Notes: generated by a model from the sequence alone, not told the origin. A stretch of DNA of 64,000 nucleotides from an uncultured Ignavibacteria bacterium (GCA_964537215.1 CAZIBI010000002.1:1-64000), one strand, 5' to 3'; shown: positions 39,684 to 49,458, counted from the stretch's first letter. Numbers and translations are program-made.

Positions 39684-42600
39684 TTAGTTGTTTGTTATTG
39701 CCTCACTTTCCGCCGCTCTATGGAAGATGCGATACAAGGCGGGCAGCACAACCAATGTCAAGAACGTCGATGACAATATTCCGCCAATCACAACGGTCGC
39801 CAGAGGTCGCTGTACCTCAGCACCCGAGCCGGTCGCAATAGCCATTGGCACAAATCCCAGTGAGGCGACCAGCGCTGTCATCAGCACGGGGCGCAGGCGA
39901 GTCAACGCGCCGCGTTTGATCGCATCTTCAAGATGACTACCTTCCTCACGAAGTTTGTTGATAAACGAAACCATCACCAGGCCGTTGAGTACGGCTATAC
40001 CTGAAAGCGCGATAAAACCAACTCCGGCCGAGATTGACAGCGGTATGTCCCTAAACCAAAGCGTCAGAATGCCGCCGGTCAGAGCCAGTGGGATGCCGGT
40101 AAAGACCAGTATCGAATCCTTGATCGAGCCGAAAGTAGCGAAGAGGAGCAAGAAGATCAGCAATAAGGCAATGGGCACCACGACCTGCAGTCGTGCTTTT
40201 GCAGCAATCAAGTTTTCGAACTGACCGCCCCAGGTCATCCAATACCCAGCAGGCAACTTTACGTTTTCGTTTATTTTCTCCTGCGCCTCAGCGACGAACG
40301 AGCCGATATCGCGGCCGCGCACGTTTGATTGCACCACCACACGACGCTTGCCGTTCTCGCGGCTAATTTGGTTCGGTCCTTCAGCAATACTGATCTTCGC
40401 AATTGCCCCAAGAGGCACATAGCCCGGATCGACATCACCGGAAAGAGCATAGGAAGCGAAGGCTATCTCGCGCTCGCGATCTGCACTTGGCTCGGGCAGC
40501 GGAATCGCAAGGAACTCCAGCGCCTCCACGTCACGCCGCACTTCCTCAGGAAGACGGACCACGAGGTCGAAGCGTCGATCTCCCTCGAATACCTGGCCGA
40601 CGCTCGTGCCGCCGACCGCAGCTTCGACAACTTCCTGCACATCTGCAATATTCAATCCATAACGAGCTATGGCAAGGCGGTCTAGGTCAACCGTCAGAAT
40701 CGGTAGGCCAGTGACCTGTTCAACCTTGATGTCCGCTGAGCCGCGGACATCTTGCAGGATTGCGGCTATCTTCTGTCCCTGCTCAAGCATTACCTCCAAA
40801 TCGTCGCCGAATACTTTCACGGCAACGTCGCTGCGCACGCCAGCAATGAGCTCGTTGAAGCGCATCTGAATTGGTTGAGTGAATTCGTAAGCGTTTCCCG
40901 GCAGATGGTCGATAGCTTCTTCAATGTCTTTTACTAAGTCTGCCTTTGGTTTACTTGGATCAGACCACTCGGAACGTGGCTTGATGATGATAAAACCGTC
41001 AGCAATCGAGGGGGGCATGGGGTCGGTGGCAATCTCCTGCGTACCGATTTGGGCAAAGACGCGTTCCACCTCCGGCACCGTCAGCACGGCTCGCTCCCAT
41101 TCTTTCTGCATCTCCGTTGACTGGGCCAGACCCGTCGAGGGAATGCGGAAGGATTGAATGAGGACATCACCTTCATCGAGCTGCGGGATGAATTCACTCC
41201 CCATACGAGAAGCGACGAGTGTGCAGAAGATGATGAAGGCGCTGGCGACAGTTACGGTCATCCACCGCTGCTGAATCACCTTGTCCAAGAGTGGTTCGTA
41301 TACGCGCTTGCAGCCGCGGATAACAATGCTTTCCTGCTCGGAAACCTTGCCGCCAAGAAACAATGCTATGCCTGCTGGAATGAACGTAAACGTTAGAATC
41401 AGCGCTCCGGCAAGGGCGAACAGCACCGTCTCAGCCATTGGAATGAACATTTTGCCTTCGATGCCGCCCAGAGTGAGGATCGGCAGGTAAACTATCATGA
41501 TGATTGCGACGCCAAACAGAGTTGGCTTAGACACTTCGCGAGCACTTTCGAACGCTTCTTCGAGGCGTTCACCTTTTGTCAGGAGTCTCCCCAGATGCTT
41601 TTGGCGCTCTGAGAATCGGCGGATGATGTTCTCGACCATAACTACGGCGCCGTCAACGATGATGCCGAAGTCGATGGCGCCAAGGCTCATGAGGTTGCCA
41701 CTAACCTTGTTCCCTACCATCCCGGTTACTGCAAAGAGCATGGATAGCGGAATGGTCAGCGACACAAGGAGCGCCGCACGGAGATTGCCAAGCAGAGCGA
41801 AGAGGATAGCGATGACCAAGACCGCGCCTTCAAAAAGATTGTTGCGGACTGTTCGCAGAGTAGCGTCCACAAGATGAGTGCGGTCGCGAACAGTGCGGGC
41901 AATAATGCCTTCCGGCAACGTCTCGTTAACTTCTTTCATTCGGGCATCCACGCGCCTGGAGACCGTTCGACTATTCTCACCCATGAGCATGAACACCGAA
42001 CCAAGCACAACCTCTTCGCCGTTCTCCGTAGCTGATCCGGTTCGCAGTTGCTTGCCAAGATCAACATTGGCAACATCGCGGATAAAGACCGGGGTACCGT
42101 CATTTTCGCCGATAATGATGTTGCGAATGTCGTCAACACCGCTCACCAGTCCGGGTACGCGAATGAGGTATTGCTCGCCCTTGTGCTCGATATAGCCAGC
42201 TCCGACTGAGCTGTTGTTTTTGGCAAGCGCTTCCATGACGTCATGAAAGCTCAGGCCGTAGGCAACCAATCGCGCGGGATCGGGGGTCACGTGGAATTGC
42301 TTTTCGTACCCGCCGACGGTGTTGACTTCGGTTACGCCGGGTACGGTTCGGAGTTGTGGTTTGATCACCCAGTCCTGGATTTCTCGCAGGTCAGTGGGCG
42401 TGTACGGCTCACCGTTCGACTTGGTTGCGCCCGGCTCCGCTTCGATGGCCCAACTGTATATCTCACCAAGACCTGTCGATATTGGCCCCATTTCCGGCTC
42501 ACTCGCTGTGGCCGGGAGATTTGCTTTGGCCTCCTGCAATCTCTCATTCACCAACTGACGGGCAAAGTAGATATCGGTTCCGTCTTCGAACACGACCGTC

Positions 42601-42878
42601 ACCTGCGACAGCCCGTAACGTGACAACGAACGGGTATGTTCTACTTTTGGTATGCCGCCCATGGCCGTCTCAATAGAAAAGGTAATCTGTTTTTCAACCT
42701 CGAGCGGTGACATGCCCGGCGCTGCAGTGTTAATCTGCACTTGCACATTGGTAATGTCCGGCACGGCGTCAATCGGCAGACGGTTGAAGTTGTAAATCCC
42801 GAGCACTGCCAAGCCAACGACCGCCAACAAAATGAGCCAGCGGTTGTGTATGGAAAAGTTTATTATTTTTTCAAGCAT
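39684..42878 (-). CDS. czcA: Heavy-metal efflux RND transporter, CzcA/CusA family
   Basis: 1064 aa, 12 TM helices plus large periplasmic loops, HME-RND-type conserved segments. Confidence 0.9.
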   Translation of the reverse strand: MLEKIINFSIHNRWLILLAVVGLAVLGIYNFNRLPIDAVPDITNVQVQINTAAPGMSPLEVEKQITFSIETAMGGIPKVEHTRSLSRYGLSQVTVVFEDGTDIYFARQLVNERLQEAKANLPATASEPEMGPISTGLGEIYSWAIEAEPGATKSNGEPYTPTDLREIQDWVIKPQLRTVPGVTEVNTVGGYEKQFHVTPDPARLVAYGLSFHDVMEALAKNNSSVGAGYIEHKGEQYLIRVPGLVSGVDDIRNIIIGENDGTPVFIRDVANVDLGKQLRTGSATENGEEVVLGSVFMLMGENSRTVSRRVDARMKEVNETLPEGIIARTVRDRTHLVDATLRTVRNNLFEGAVLVIAILFALLGNLRAALLVSLTIPLSMLFAVTGMVGNKVSGNLMSLGAIDFGIIVDGAVVMVENIIRRFSERQKHLGRLLTKGERLEEAFESAREVSKPTLFGVAIIMIVYLPILTLGGIEGKMFIPMAETVLFALAGALILTFTFIPAGIALFLGGKVSEQESIVIRGCKRVYEPLLDKVIQQRWMTVTVASAFIIFCTLVASRMGSEFIPQLDEGDVLIQSFRIPSTGLAQSTEMQKEWERAVLTVPEVERVFAQIGTQEIATDPMPPSIADGFIIIKPRSEWSDPSKPKADLVKDIEEAIDHLPGNAYEFTQPIQMRFNELIAGVRSDVAVKVFGDDLEVMLEQGQKIAAILQDVRGSADIKVEQVTGLPILTVDLDRLAIARYGLNIADVQEVVEAAVGGTSVGQVFEGDRRFDLVVRLPEEVRRDVEALEFLAIPLPEPSADREREIAFASYALSGDVDPGYVPLGAIAKISIAEGPNQISRENGKRRVVVQSNVRGRDIGSFVAEAQEKINENVKLPAGYWMTWGGQFENLIAAKARLQVVVPIALLLIFLLLFATFGSIKDSILVFTGIPLALTGGILTLWFRDIPLSISAGVGFIALSGIAVLNGLVMVSFINKLREEGSHLEDAIKRGALTRLRPVLMTALVASLGFVPMAIATGSGAEVQRPLATVVIGGILSSTFLTLVVLPALYRIFHRAAESEAITNN

Positions 42879-42889
42879 ATGGTAGTCTC

Positions 42890-43231
42890 CTATACCGCTG
42901 CATCGCCGGTTTCACCGGTGCGGATGCGTGCCACGTATGCGATATCGCTGATGGTTATGATTCCGTCGCCGGCGTTGCCCGTATGGGCGTGCCCGGCAAT
43001 AGCCTTCACGATGCTGTCGGCATCTTCATCAGAGCAAATAATCTCAATGCGCTCCTTGTCGTGGAACTGAATCTCGTCTTCGGTTAGAACGAAGGTGCCG
43101 CCCTGGCCGCGGCCGCGGCCCTGGCCCTGACATTTGAGTACCGTCATGCCCGGGAAATGGGGAAGCTCATGCAGCGCTTGCGCCACCTTGCTGAACATAT
43201 GTGGTTGAATGGTTGCTTTGATTTCTTTCAT
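42890..43231 (-). CDS. P-II (GlnB)-like small protein associated with the RND efflux operon
   Basis: 113 aa, ferredoxin-like PII fold pattern (MKEIKATIQP...GMTVL...G.G...). Confidence 0.6.
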   Translation of the reverse strand: MKEIKATIQPHMFSKVAQALHELPHFPGMTVLKCQGQGRGRGQGGTFVLTEDEIQFHDKERIEIICSDEDADSIVKAIAGHAHTGNAGDGIITISDIAYVARIRTGETGDAAV

Positions 43232-43240
43232 GGCTTCCTC

Positions 43241-44233
43241 CTAATGTTCGTGACCGGCTTCGCCCTTGCCGAATTCCGCTTTGAAAATGTAACTGTCGGC
43301 TGCGACGTACTCCTCGCCCGGCTTCAATCCGTTTAGAATTTCCACGTTCTTGCCATCACTGCGGCCAAGGGTCACTGGCCGAATTTCGAAGGCATCACCT
43401 TCTTTTACAAAGACGACCGGTTTATCCTCAATAGTCTGAACTGCATCATCGGGAATGGCCATTTCGACCTGATCTTTAGCAACGGCGATTTTTGCCGTCA
43501 CGAAGAGTCCCGGCTGCCAGACGCCGCGCGGATTGGAGAGCACGACGCGAGCGGAACCAGTACGCGTGCGTTCGCCGATTATCGGGCCGACGTAGTCGAT
43601 TGTTCCTTCGACCGCTTCGTCGATACCACTAGCGGTCAGTCGAACGTGTTGCCCCGGCTTGATCAGCGAAAGGTACTTGGAATAGATGCTGATCTTGACC
43701 CAAACAGTGGAGAGGTCGGCAACGACGTAAACATCAGCATCATCACGCACAAACTCACCGAGCGTGATGTGTTTCTCGATAATGGTTCCGGACACCAGAG
43801 ACTTCACCTCATAGGGGGCAACGCTTTGGTTGCTTTGAACAACGGCGAGTACCTCTCCGGAGTCGACGCGATTTCCAAGATCCTTTCGCACCCGCTGGGC
43901 AATCCCGGCAAAGCGCGGCACAATGTGAGCGACTTTATCGGCATTCAGAACGATTTCGCCCGGCAGTTCTATCTCCTGCACGATCATGCCAGGGCCAGCT
44001 TTGGCGAGTTTGAGCCGTTGGAGTATGGGCGCGTCGTCGTGGAGCGTAATGCGATCCATAGTTGCGTGGCCCTCCTCATGTTCACCATGCTCTCCCGTCT
44101 CCTCAGCAAGTGCCTCTTGTTCCTCGTGTTCTTCCCCGGTCACCTGCGGCTCGCTTTGCAAAACAAAGACGCTTGCGACGGCAAGCACGAGGAGTGCCGC
44201 GATGGTTATTAGTACAGATTTCTTCATTCTCAT
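43241..44233 (-). CDS. czcB: RND efflux periplasmic adaptor (CzcB/CusB family) with His/Glu-rich N-terminus
   Basis: Signal peptide, HEEQEALAEETGEHGEHEEGH metal-binding-like stretch, MFP barrel/hairpin segments. Overlaps the czcC stop. Confidence 0.8.
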   Translation of the reverse strand: MRMKKSVLITIAALLVLAVASVFVLQSEPQVTGEEHEEQEALAEETGEHGEHEEGHATMDRITLHDDAPILQRLKLAKAGPGMIVQEIELPGEIVLNADKVAHIVPRFAGIAQRVRKDLGNRVDSGEVLAVVQSNQSVAPYEVKSLVSGTIIEKHITLGEFVRDDADVYVVADLSTVWVKISIYSKYLSLIKPGQHVRLTASGIDEAVEGTIDYVGPIIGERTRTGSARVVLSNPRGVWQPGLFVTAKIAVAKDQVEMAIPDDAVQTIEDKPVVFVKEGDAFEIRPVTLGRSDGKNVEILNGLKPGEEYVAADSYIFKAEFGKGEAGHEH

Positions 44234-45555
44234 CTCCTCACCGGATTCAAGCGATGACCGGTTAGCTGTTCAATGCCGATGGCGGCGTTGGCGCCCGCCA
44301 CAAGTGCGTCAATAAGTTGCCCCTGTAATTCTGAGAGGGTTCTTTGCGCGTCGAGAACGTTGATGTAGGGCTGGGAGCCGAGTCGGTACGCTAGATCAAT
44401 CTCTTCCATAGCTTGTTGCGCTGGTGGAATGACCTGCTCGCGCAGCATTGCAATCAACTCGCGTTGTGTTTGGAGTCCGACCAGTAGTTGCCGGAGTTCG
44501 CCGTCCAGTCGCTGGCGCGTAGCGGCGAGTTCGGCTTCGGACTGCGTCAAACGCTCTGTGGCTTCGGCGACACCCCCTTTGTTGCGGTTGAACAGGGGTA
44601 ACGGTACGGAGGCCCAGACGAGGAAGGAATTGCTCCCATCATCGTGCAAACGCCGATAACCGGCTCCGAGATTCAGATCAGGTTTGCCGGTAGCCTTTGA
44701 AAGCTTGATATTCGCTTCTCTGGCCCGCATTTGCGCTTGCAGAGCGGCGAGTGCCGGATTTTCGTCTACCGATAGCATTTCATTACCTGTGGGTGCACTC
44801 GCAAGCCACTCATCAAGTGAACCATCGACCCGGAAAGTAGCGTCACTTGACCCCCACAGTGCAGCCAGGGCTAAACGTGCCTGAGTCGCCGTCGCTTCGG
44901 ATGCCGCAAGGTCGATCTGGCCGAGGTTGGTTGCCGATTGAGCCCGGAGTAATTCGGCTTTCGGCACTGCGCCATCATAGACCTTTACTCGTACCGCCTC
45001 TTCTATCTTTCGCGCCAGTTCCAGACGCTGCTTCGCCAACGTGATATTATCCTGAGCTGCAAGTGCAGCAGCGAAGGAAGATGCAACCGATTGATAGAGA
45101 TCCAGTAGCCTGAGTTGTGCCGCGTACTGTTCTGCAGAGAGCTCCGCCTCCGCGACCGCTTTTCGCGCGCCACGCTTGCCGAATAGCTCAAACGGCTGTT
45201 CAACGCCTATGGTTGTTTGAGCTGGTCCGGATTCGTTCTTCCGACCGAAGTCTTCGATCTCTGTGGAAAGTTCAGGGTTGGGTCGATACCGACTCTGTTG
45301 CAGTCTCCCCGTTGCCGCGGCGATCTGCGCTCGCGCCGCTTGCATCTGCGGATTGCGCGCCACGACCAATTGCAGAGCAGAGTTGAAACTGAGAGCGGAA
45401 TCAGTTACCGAAGGAAGATTCTCTTGAACCCCATATTCCTGGTACACCGGCGGCAGGAGCGATGGCGCACTTGGGGGATTCTGGGCTAGTGCCAGTCCCG
45501 GAAGTCGGGTTAAAATAAAGACCAGATATAATGTTGTTCGAAAGTGCATCAACAA
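44230..45555 (-). CDS. czcC: TolC-like outer-membrane efflux protein (CzcC/CusC family)
   Basis: Signal peptide, two OEP repeat units with coiled-coil-rich sequence. Confidence 0.8.
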   Translation of the reverse strand: MLMHFRTTLYLVFILTRLPGLALAQNPPSAPSLLPPVYQEYGVQENLPSVTDSALSFNSALQLVVARNPQMQAARAQIAAATGRLQQSRYRPNPELSTEIEDFGRKNESGPAQTTIGVEQPFELFGKRGARKAVAEAELSAEQYAAQLRLLDLYQSVASSFAAALAAQDNITLAKQRLELARKIEEAVRVKVYDGAVPKAELLRAQSATNLGQIDLAASEATATQARLALAALWGSSDATFRVDGSLDEWLASAPTGNEMLSVDENPALAALQAQMRAREANIKLSKATGKPDLNLGAGYRRLHDDGSNSFLVWASVPLPLFNRNKGGVAEATERLTQSEAELAATRQRLDGELRQLLVGLQTQRELIAMLREQVIPPAQQAMEEIDLAYRLGSQPYINVLDAQRTLSELQGQLIDALVAGANAAIGIEQLTGHRLNPVRR

Positions 45556-45656
45556 TTCTCCAAGCTAAAATAGTGTGGTTAGCCATGTCGCATAAGCGGC
45601 ATGGCAACGCTCCCGAACAGATCGGGAGCCGATCATGTTCTATCTTGCTTGGAGAA

Positions 45657-46067
45657 TCAGCAGCGAATGACGGTAGCTGCAGTGAAGACGCTGAAGTCGG
45701 CGTCCAACGCGAATTCGGGGGGATCTAGCAGCTCTTGTATAAACATGTGAAAGCAGACAGCAGGTGCGTTAGAGCCGTGTCCGAGATTCTGAAGGGAATT
45801 TAATTGTCCCCGATCATTGATAGTTTGAGCCCAGCGGCCGAATTCAGGCAATTGGAAATCTGTACACGAGACGCATTCACTCGGAATCTCCTGACCGGCG
45901 ATGGAGACCTCCGAAACTGCGCTAATAGCAATCGAACAGCACTCTGCGCCAAAACTTTCAAATTCGGAATGTCCCGATTCACCAACACACAGAACTGTTG
46001 TGCCTTGAATCGGAATTACGAGAACTTGGAGTAACAGCAAAGCGCCGCTCAACACTTTTGTTCGCAT
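45657..46067 (-). CDS. Hypothetical secreted Cys-containing protein
   Basis: Internal ATG with a clear signal peptide (MRTKVLSGALLLLQVLVIP). Eight Cys residues. No known domain recognised. Confidence 0.35.
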   Translation of the reverse strand: MRTKVLSGALLLLQVLVIPIQGTTVLCVGESGHSEFESFGAECCSIAISAVSEVSIAGQEIPSECVSCTDFQLPEFGRWAQTINDRGQLNSLQNLGHGSNAPAVCFHMFIQELLDPPEFALDADFSVFTAATVIRC

Positions 46068-46762
46068 ATTGGTAAACATGCCAAAATATACGTAACTATT
46101 CAAATTCATCCAAGACCAAAAATCTCCATGCTTTTCCTTCCAAGAGATAGACTTCAAAATCGTCAACCTGAAGGTAGACATAATGCATTTAACACTCGTT
46201 AGCCTTATTGGTTCCACGGAATCCGTGCTCAACCTGACCTTCGGGTTTTGACCAACTTGCATGCATCCGCAAGTTTAATCGTCGAAAGAACTCGACAATA
46301 TCTGGACACAAGGGGATAGAAGTTGGGAACGGTTTGGTCAATGGCAGGTATGTCAACGGTGTTTTCTTGACGGTTGTTGGGAACCTTGTCCGACCGTCGA
46401 GCGCGTATGATCACACGCCGGGCGCATTAGAGAGAGATTAGCATATTCCTTGGCTCTCAAGTTCGAGGCAAATCTGGAAATAGGTTTTCGTGGCACAGCT
46501 CAGAGAGGAGGCAGCTTCTAGTTCCTCTGGATATTGGATTTGCTTGGCTTTCTTGGTTGCACTTTCGGCGTACCGATTACTTGAAATGAACACCAGCATT
46601 AGTTTGCTACGACTCCATCTGCGACAGTCTGACTCGCCTAAGAGCGGCACTGTACTATCATAGGGATCGCTAGCTGTCTTGAACCAATTATTCAGCAGCT
46701 TAGACAGGTGCTTTACGAAGCCTTGTTCCGAGTTTGTGATACTGATGTACTCGAGCAAAATT

Positions 46763-46782
46763 GTAGTCACAATTTGGTCACA
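46763..46782 (+). repeat. Solo copy of the repeat tail motif GTAGTCACAATTTGGTCACA
   Basis: 19/20 match to the tail of repeats 1–3. Lies 124 bp upstream of copy 3 with no associated tRNA-like head. Confidence 0.6.
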
Positions 46783-46905
46783 ACACCAGACTAATCCTAA
46801 GTCAAGTGACAATTTATCAATCACCTAAGTAACTTGCCGCACGGCTTCAAAAGCCCCTTGCGTCCTCTCGAAGATAAGTTCAAATTGTTGAACAGCTAAC
46901 CAATT

Positions 46906-46943
46906 GCCGGAGTGGCGAAATTGGTAGACGCAAGGGACTCAAA
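46906..46943 (+). pseudogene. tRNA-Leu(UAA)-like 5' half, copy 3 (anticodon loop CTCAAAA)
   Basis: As copy 2 with one substitution in the anticodon loop. Confidence 0.6.
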
Positions 46944-47083
46944 AAGCGAGACTGACGAAAACGCAAACGAATAAACCGCAACGTATTATGTTGTGCGACA
47001 ATCGGGTGGCCAGTCTTATGTTAAGCATTACTTTGTATCACTTTTGACGATTTGGGACTAGTTATAGTCACAAATTGGTCACA
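46906..47083 (+). repeat. 178-bp direct repeat, copy 3
   Basis: GCCGGAGTGGCGAAATTGGTAGACGCAAGGGACTCAAAAAGCGAGACTGACGAAAAC ... TTTTGACGATTTGGGACTAGTTATAGTCACAAATTGGTCACA. Confidence 0.85.
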
Positions 47084-47187
47084 CAAGATTGCTTTTCCCT
47101 GATTCTAGATTTTGGATCGAATACCTGGAGCAATCATCGTGATATACACTCTTAGTGCATGGAAAAACACAATCGAAAGGTGCGCAA

Positions 47188-47607
47188 ATGAAAGTGCCAA
47201 TGGAACTGAGTAATGTGTTTTACGGTGGCGAAAACACGGAGATGCAGCTGTGGATTCAGAGCACATTGACCAAGCTCCCTGAGGAAGTTGCAGTTTTTGC
47301 TATTGATCGATGTCGGTTCATTTCGATCGGATGGGGCGTAGCCGGATTAACTTTTCCGGGAAGGATTGGTGTTGACGACTACGAAAGTCCGCTCAATGTG
47401 TGGATCATAGTCCTGGACGATAACATCAGCTCAGAACATGTGGAGAGCGTCATCGCGCACGAAATAGCCCATGCGTGGCTCGGTCATGATCGGATTGGAG
47501 ATATCCCGGATGACTGCGAGGTCGTTGCCGCGAATCTAACGAAAGAATGGGGATTTACCGGCCACGGAGCAGACGCGGAATTCAGTGATCGACCATATCG
47601 CTCATAG
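47188..47607 (+). CDS. Hypothetical HExxH-motif protein (putative Zn-dependent peptidase-like)
   Basis: VIAHEIAHAWLGHD zincin-like motif. ATG with AAAGGTG SD; the ORF track opens on GTG at 47155. Confidence 0.4.
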   Translation: MKVPMELSNVFYGGENTEMQLWIQSTLTKLPEEVAVFAIDRCRFISIGWGVAGLTFPGRIGVDDYESPLNVWIIVLDDNISSEHVESVIAHEIAHAWLGHDRIGDIPDDCEVVAANLTKEWGFTGHGADAEFSDRPYRS

Positions 47608-47906
47608 CGTTTTTTGCCATTGAGTTGTCTTCAGGAACGGAATAAAACCTAAGGCAATCTAATTCTCTCCAATCGGAGTTAAGCCTATCATCTTTTCTCC
47701 CACCCCGATGGTTCCGCTCGCTGCATTTGGCTGCCTCGCCGCAGGCCTTGGCAGGGTACCATAGAGTCTCAGTGCCGGTGCAAGGTAGAACTACTGTCTC
47801 CACCTTGACCGACACTCCACCCCTCTATGGCCAATTTGGGTGGCATGCGGCGCGCCAGCGGTGCTGCTGCACTTTGCATTCACGGCTGGAGAAAGGCTAC
47901 CGACGT

Positions 47907-48083
47907 ATGGCATACCTCGATGACGTTCGCGAGAGGATCCTCGGCCTCCTCGACGCGCAACTGCCGAAGAGCGAAGTCCGCAAGCGGATTTCGGTCATGT
48001 TCGCCGATGAGGTGCGACGCTCGTTCTGGAGCGGCGCACGGTTCGCGGTGCAGCGAACACGCCAGCAGCAGGTGAAGCAGTAG
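47907..48083 (+). CDS. Possible small hypothetical protein (58 aa)
   Basis: ATG preceded by GGAGAAAGG. Followed by a strong hairpin terminator. Composition-only support. Confidence 0.2.
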   Translation: MAYLDDVRERILGLLDAQLPKSEVRKRISVMFADEVRRSFWSGARFAVQRTRQQQVKQ

Positions 48084-48092
48084 GTGCGGCAA

Positions 48093-48120
48093 CGGGCGGG
48101 TACCCCCCGCCCGTTTCTCT
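48093..48120 (+). terminator. Rho-independent terminator-like hairpin (GGGCGGG-tacccc-CCGCCC + TTTCTCTT)
   Basis: Perfect 7-bp GC stem followed by a T-rich tail. Confidence 0.4.
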
Positions 48121-48177
48121 TGCTCCCGGAACCATCTCCCACCCTCTGAATAGGAAACCATGTTCACAATCTGCAGC

Positions 48178-49458
48178 CTATGCGCTCATCCACCGCTGAA
48201 TGTGGTGCTCGACCTGCGCACGTTCCTGACTGTAGCGGAGACGTGACTGTGCAACGATCTTACGTCGATTTGACGGTTGCAATATGTCGGGTGGTGGCAA
48301 CGTCTCGGCGCTGAACGGTTCAGACGTCTTCCCATTTATGGACAAGCGGAGGTAGACGTTATATTGCGGCAAGCTCTGCAGATCGACAGCGTGAAAAGTT
48401 GGATAGAATTCGCGGGCGAAAATCTCTGCATCTTCCGAACCGCAGTTGAAGGCAATCAAGGTTCCCACGTTCCCAAGAATGGCTGAAGCCAGTTGCTTTG
48501 GTAGCTGGGCAAGAAACTGATTTGCCATGCCGGCGATAACTAGCCGGTACTTCCGCGCCTCAGAGAGTATCGCAGGGAAGTCTTCCGTCGCATACGAATG
48601 TGTCTCGTCGATGTACACAAAATAGTCCGTGCGTAAGTCTTCGGCAACCGCCGCGCGCCGCAGTGCAGCCAAGTACAACTGCGTAATCATCATCGACCCC
48701 AGCAGCGCGGAGTTTTCTTCACCAATCTTCCCTTTGGCAAGATTCAGCAGGAGTATCTTTCCGGCATCCAAGACGTCCGACAGGTCAAACTTCGTCTTTG
48801 TCTGCCCGACAATGTTCCGCACGACCGGGTCAGTGAGGAACTGCCCGACCTTGTTCAGAATCGGTGAGATGGTCTCGGTGCGGAAGACTTTGGGGTACTG
48901 TTCAAATTCCACCGTCCAGAAGTGCCGAAGCATCGGGTCCTGCAAGCCGGACACAATCCGCGCCCGGAAGTGGTCGTCGACGAGGAGCCGGTTCACACCG
49001 AGCAGGGTACTGCCGCGCGCTTCCAGCAGCGCCAGAATCGCGTTGCGTAAGACGTACTCCAGCCTGGGACCCCATGAGTCCGTCCAAATCTTCTTGAAGA
49101 CCTGCACGACACCGGAAGCGACGAGATGCCGCTGTCTCGCGTCGGGATTGGACAGGACATTGAAGGCAATCGGGTACTCGCTGTCGGCGGGGTTGAAGTA
49201 GATGGTTTCGTTAATGCGCCTGGCCGGTATGTGGTCGAGGACGTGTTCGACGAGATCGCCGTGCGGGTCAATAACCGCGACACCGCGTCCAGCTTGAATG
49301 TCCTGTACGATGCAATTGAGCAGCAGCGTACTCTTGCCGGCGCCCGTTTTGCCCAGCAGGAACGTATGCCGCCGCCGGTCTTCCGGCTTGATGCCGAAGC
49401 GTCGCCGGTTACTTCGGTAATTCGTCTGCCCGAGAATCAAAAGCCCATTGTTCTGCAT
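48178..49458 (-). CDS. P-loop ATPase of the TraD/VirD4-coupling-protein or HerA/AAA_10 type
   Basis: Walker A in a typical context (HTFLLGKTGAGKSTLLLN...AVIDPHGDL), Walker B (FVYIDETH). 426 aa, in a phage/ICE-like neighbourhood. Confidence 0.55.
   Translation of the reverse strand: MQNNGLLILGQTNYRSNRRRFGIKPEDRRRHTFLLGKTGAGKSTLLLNCIVQDIQAGRGVAVIDPHGDLVEHVLDHIPARRINETIYFNPADSEYPIAFNVLSNPDARQRHLVASGVVQVFKKIWTDSWGPRLEYVLRNAILALLEARGSTLLGVNRLLVDDHFRARIVSGLQDPMLRHFWTVEFEQYPKVFRTETISPILNKVGQFLTDPVVRNIVGQTKTKFDLSDVLDAGKILLLNLAKGKIGEENSALLGSMMITQLYLAALRRAAVAEDLRTDYFVYIDETHSYATEDFPAILSEARKYRLVIAGMANQFLAQLPKQLASAILGNVGTLIAFNCGSEDAEIFAREFYPTFHAVDLQSLPQYNVYLRLSINGKTSEPFSAETLPPPDILQPSNRRKIVAQSRLRYSQERAQVEHHIQRWMSA

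Noticed and set aside
45657-46262. Full-length 201-aa reading of the secreted Cys-containing protein
   Set aside because: The N-terminal 65 residues lack an SD and a signal peptide, whereas the internal ATG at 46067 gives a canonical signal peptide. The shorter model was adopted.
46438-46824. 128-aa minus-strand ORF between the czc module and repeat 3
   Set aside because: It overlaps the solo repeat-tail motif and has no RBS or recognisable domain, so it is most likely a spurious ORF over degenerate repeat DNA.
23257-47083. CRISPR array
   Set aside because: The repeats are 178 bp long and spaced about 12 kb apart with gene-rich cargo between them, not 25–40-bp repeats with short spacers. 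No cas genes beyond an isolated Cas4-like exonuclease that pairs with an annealase.
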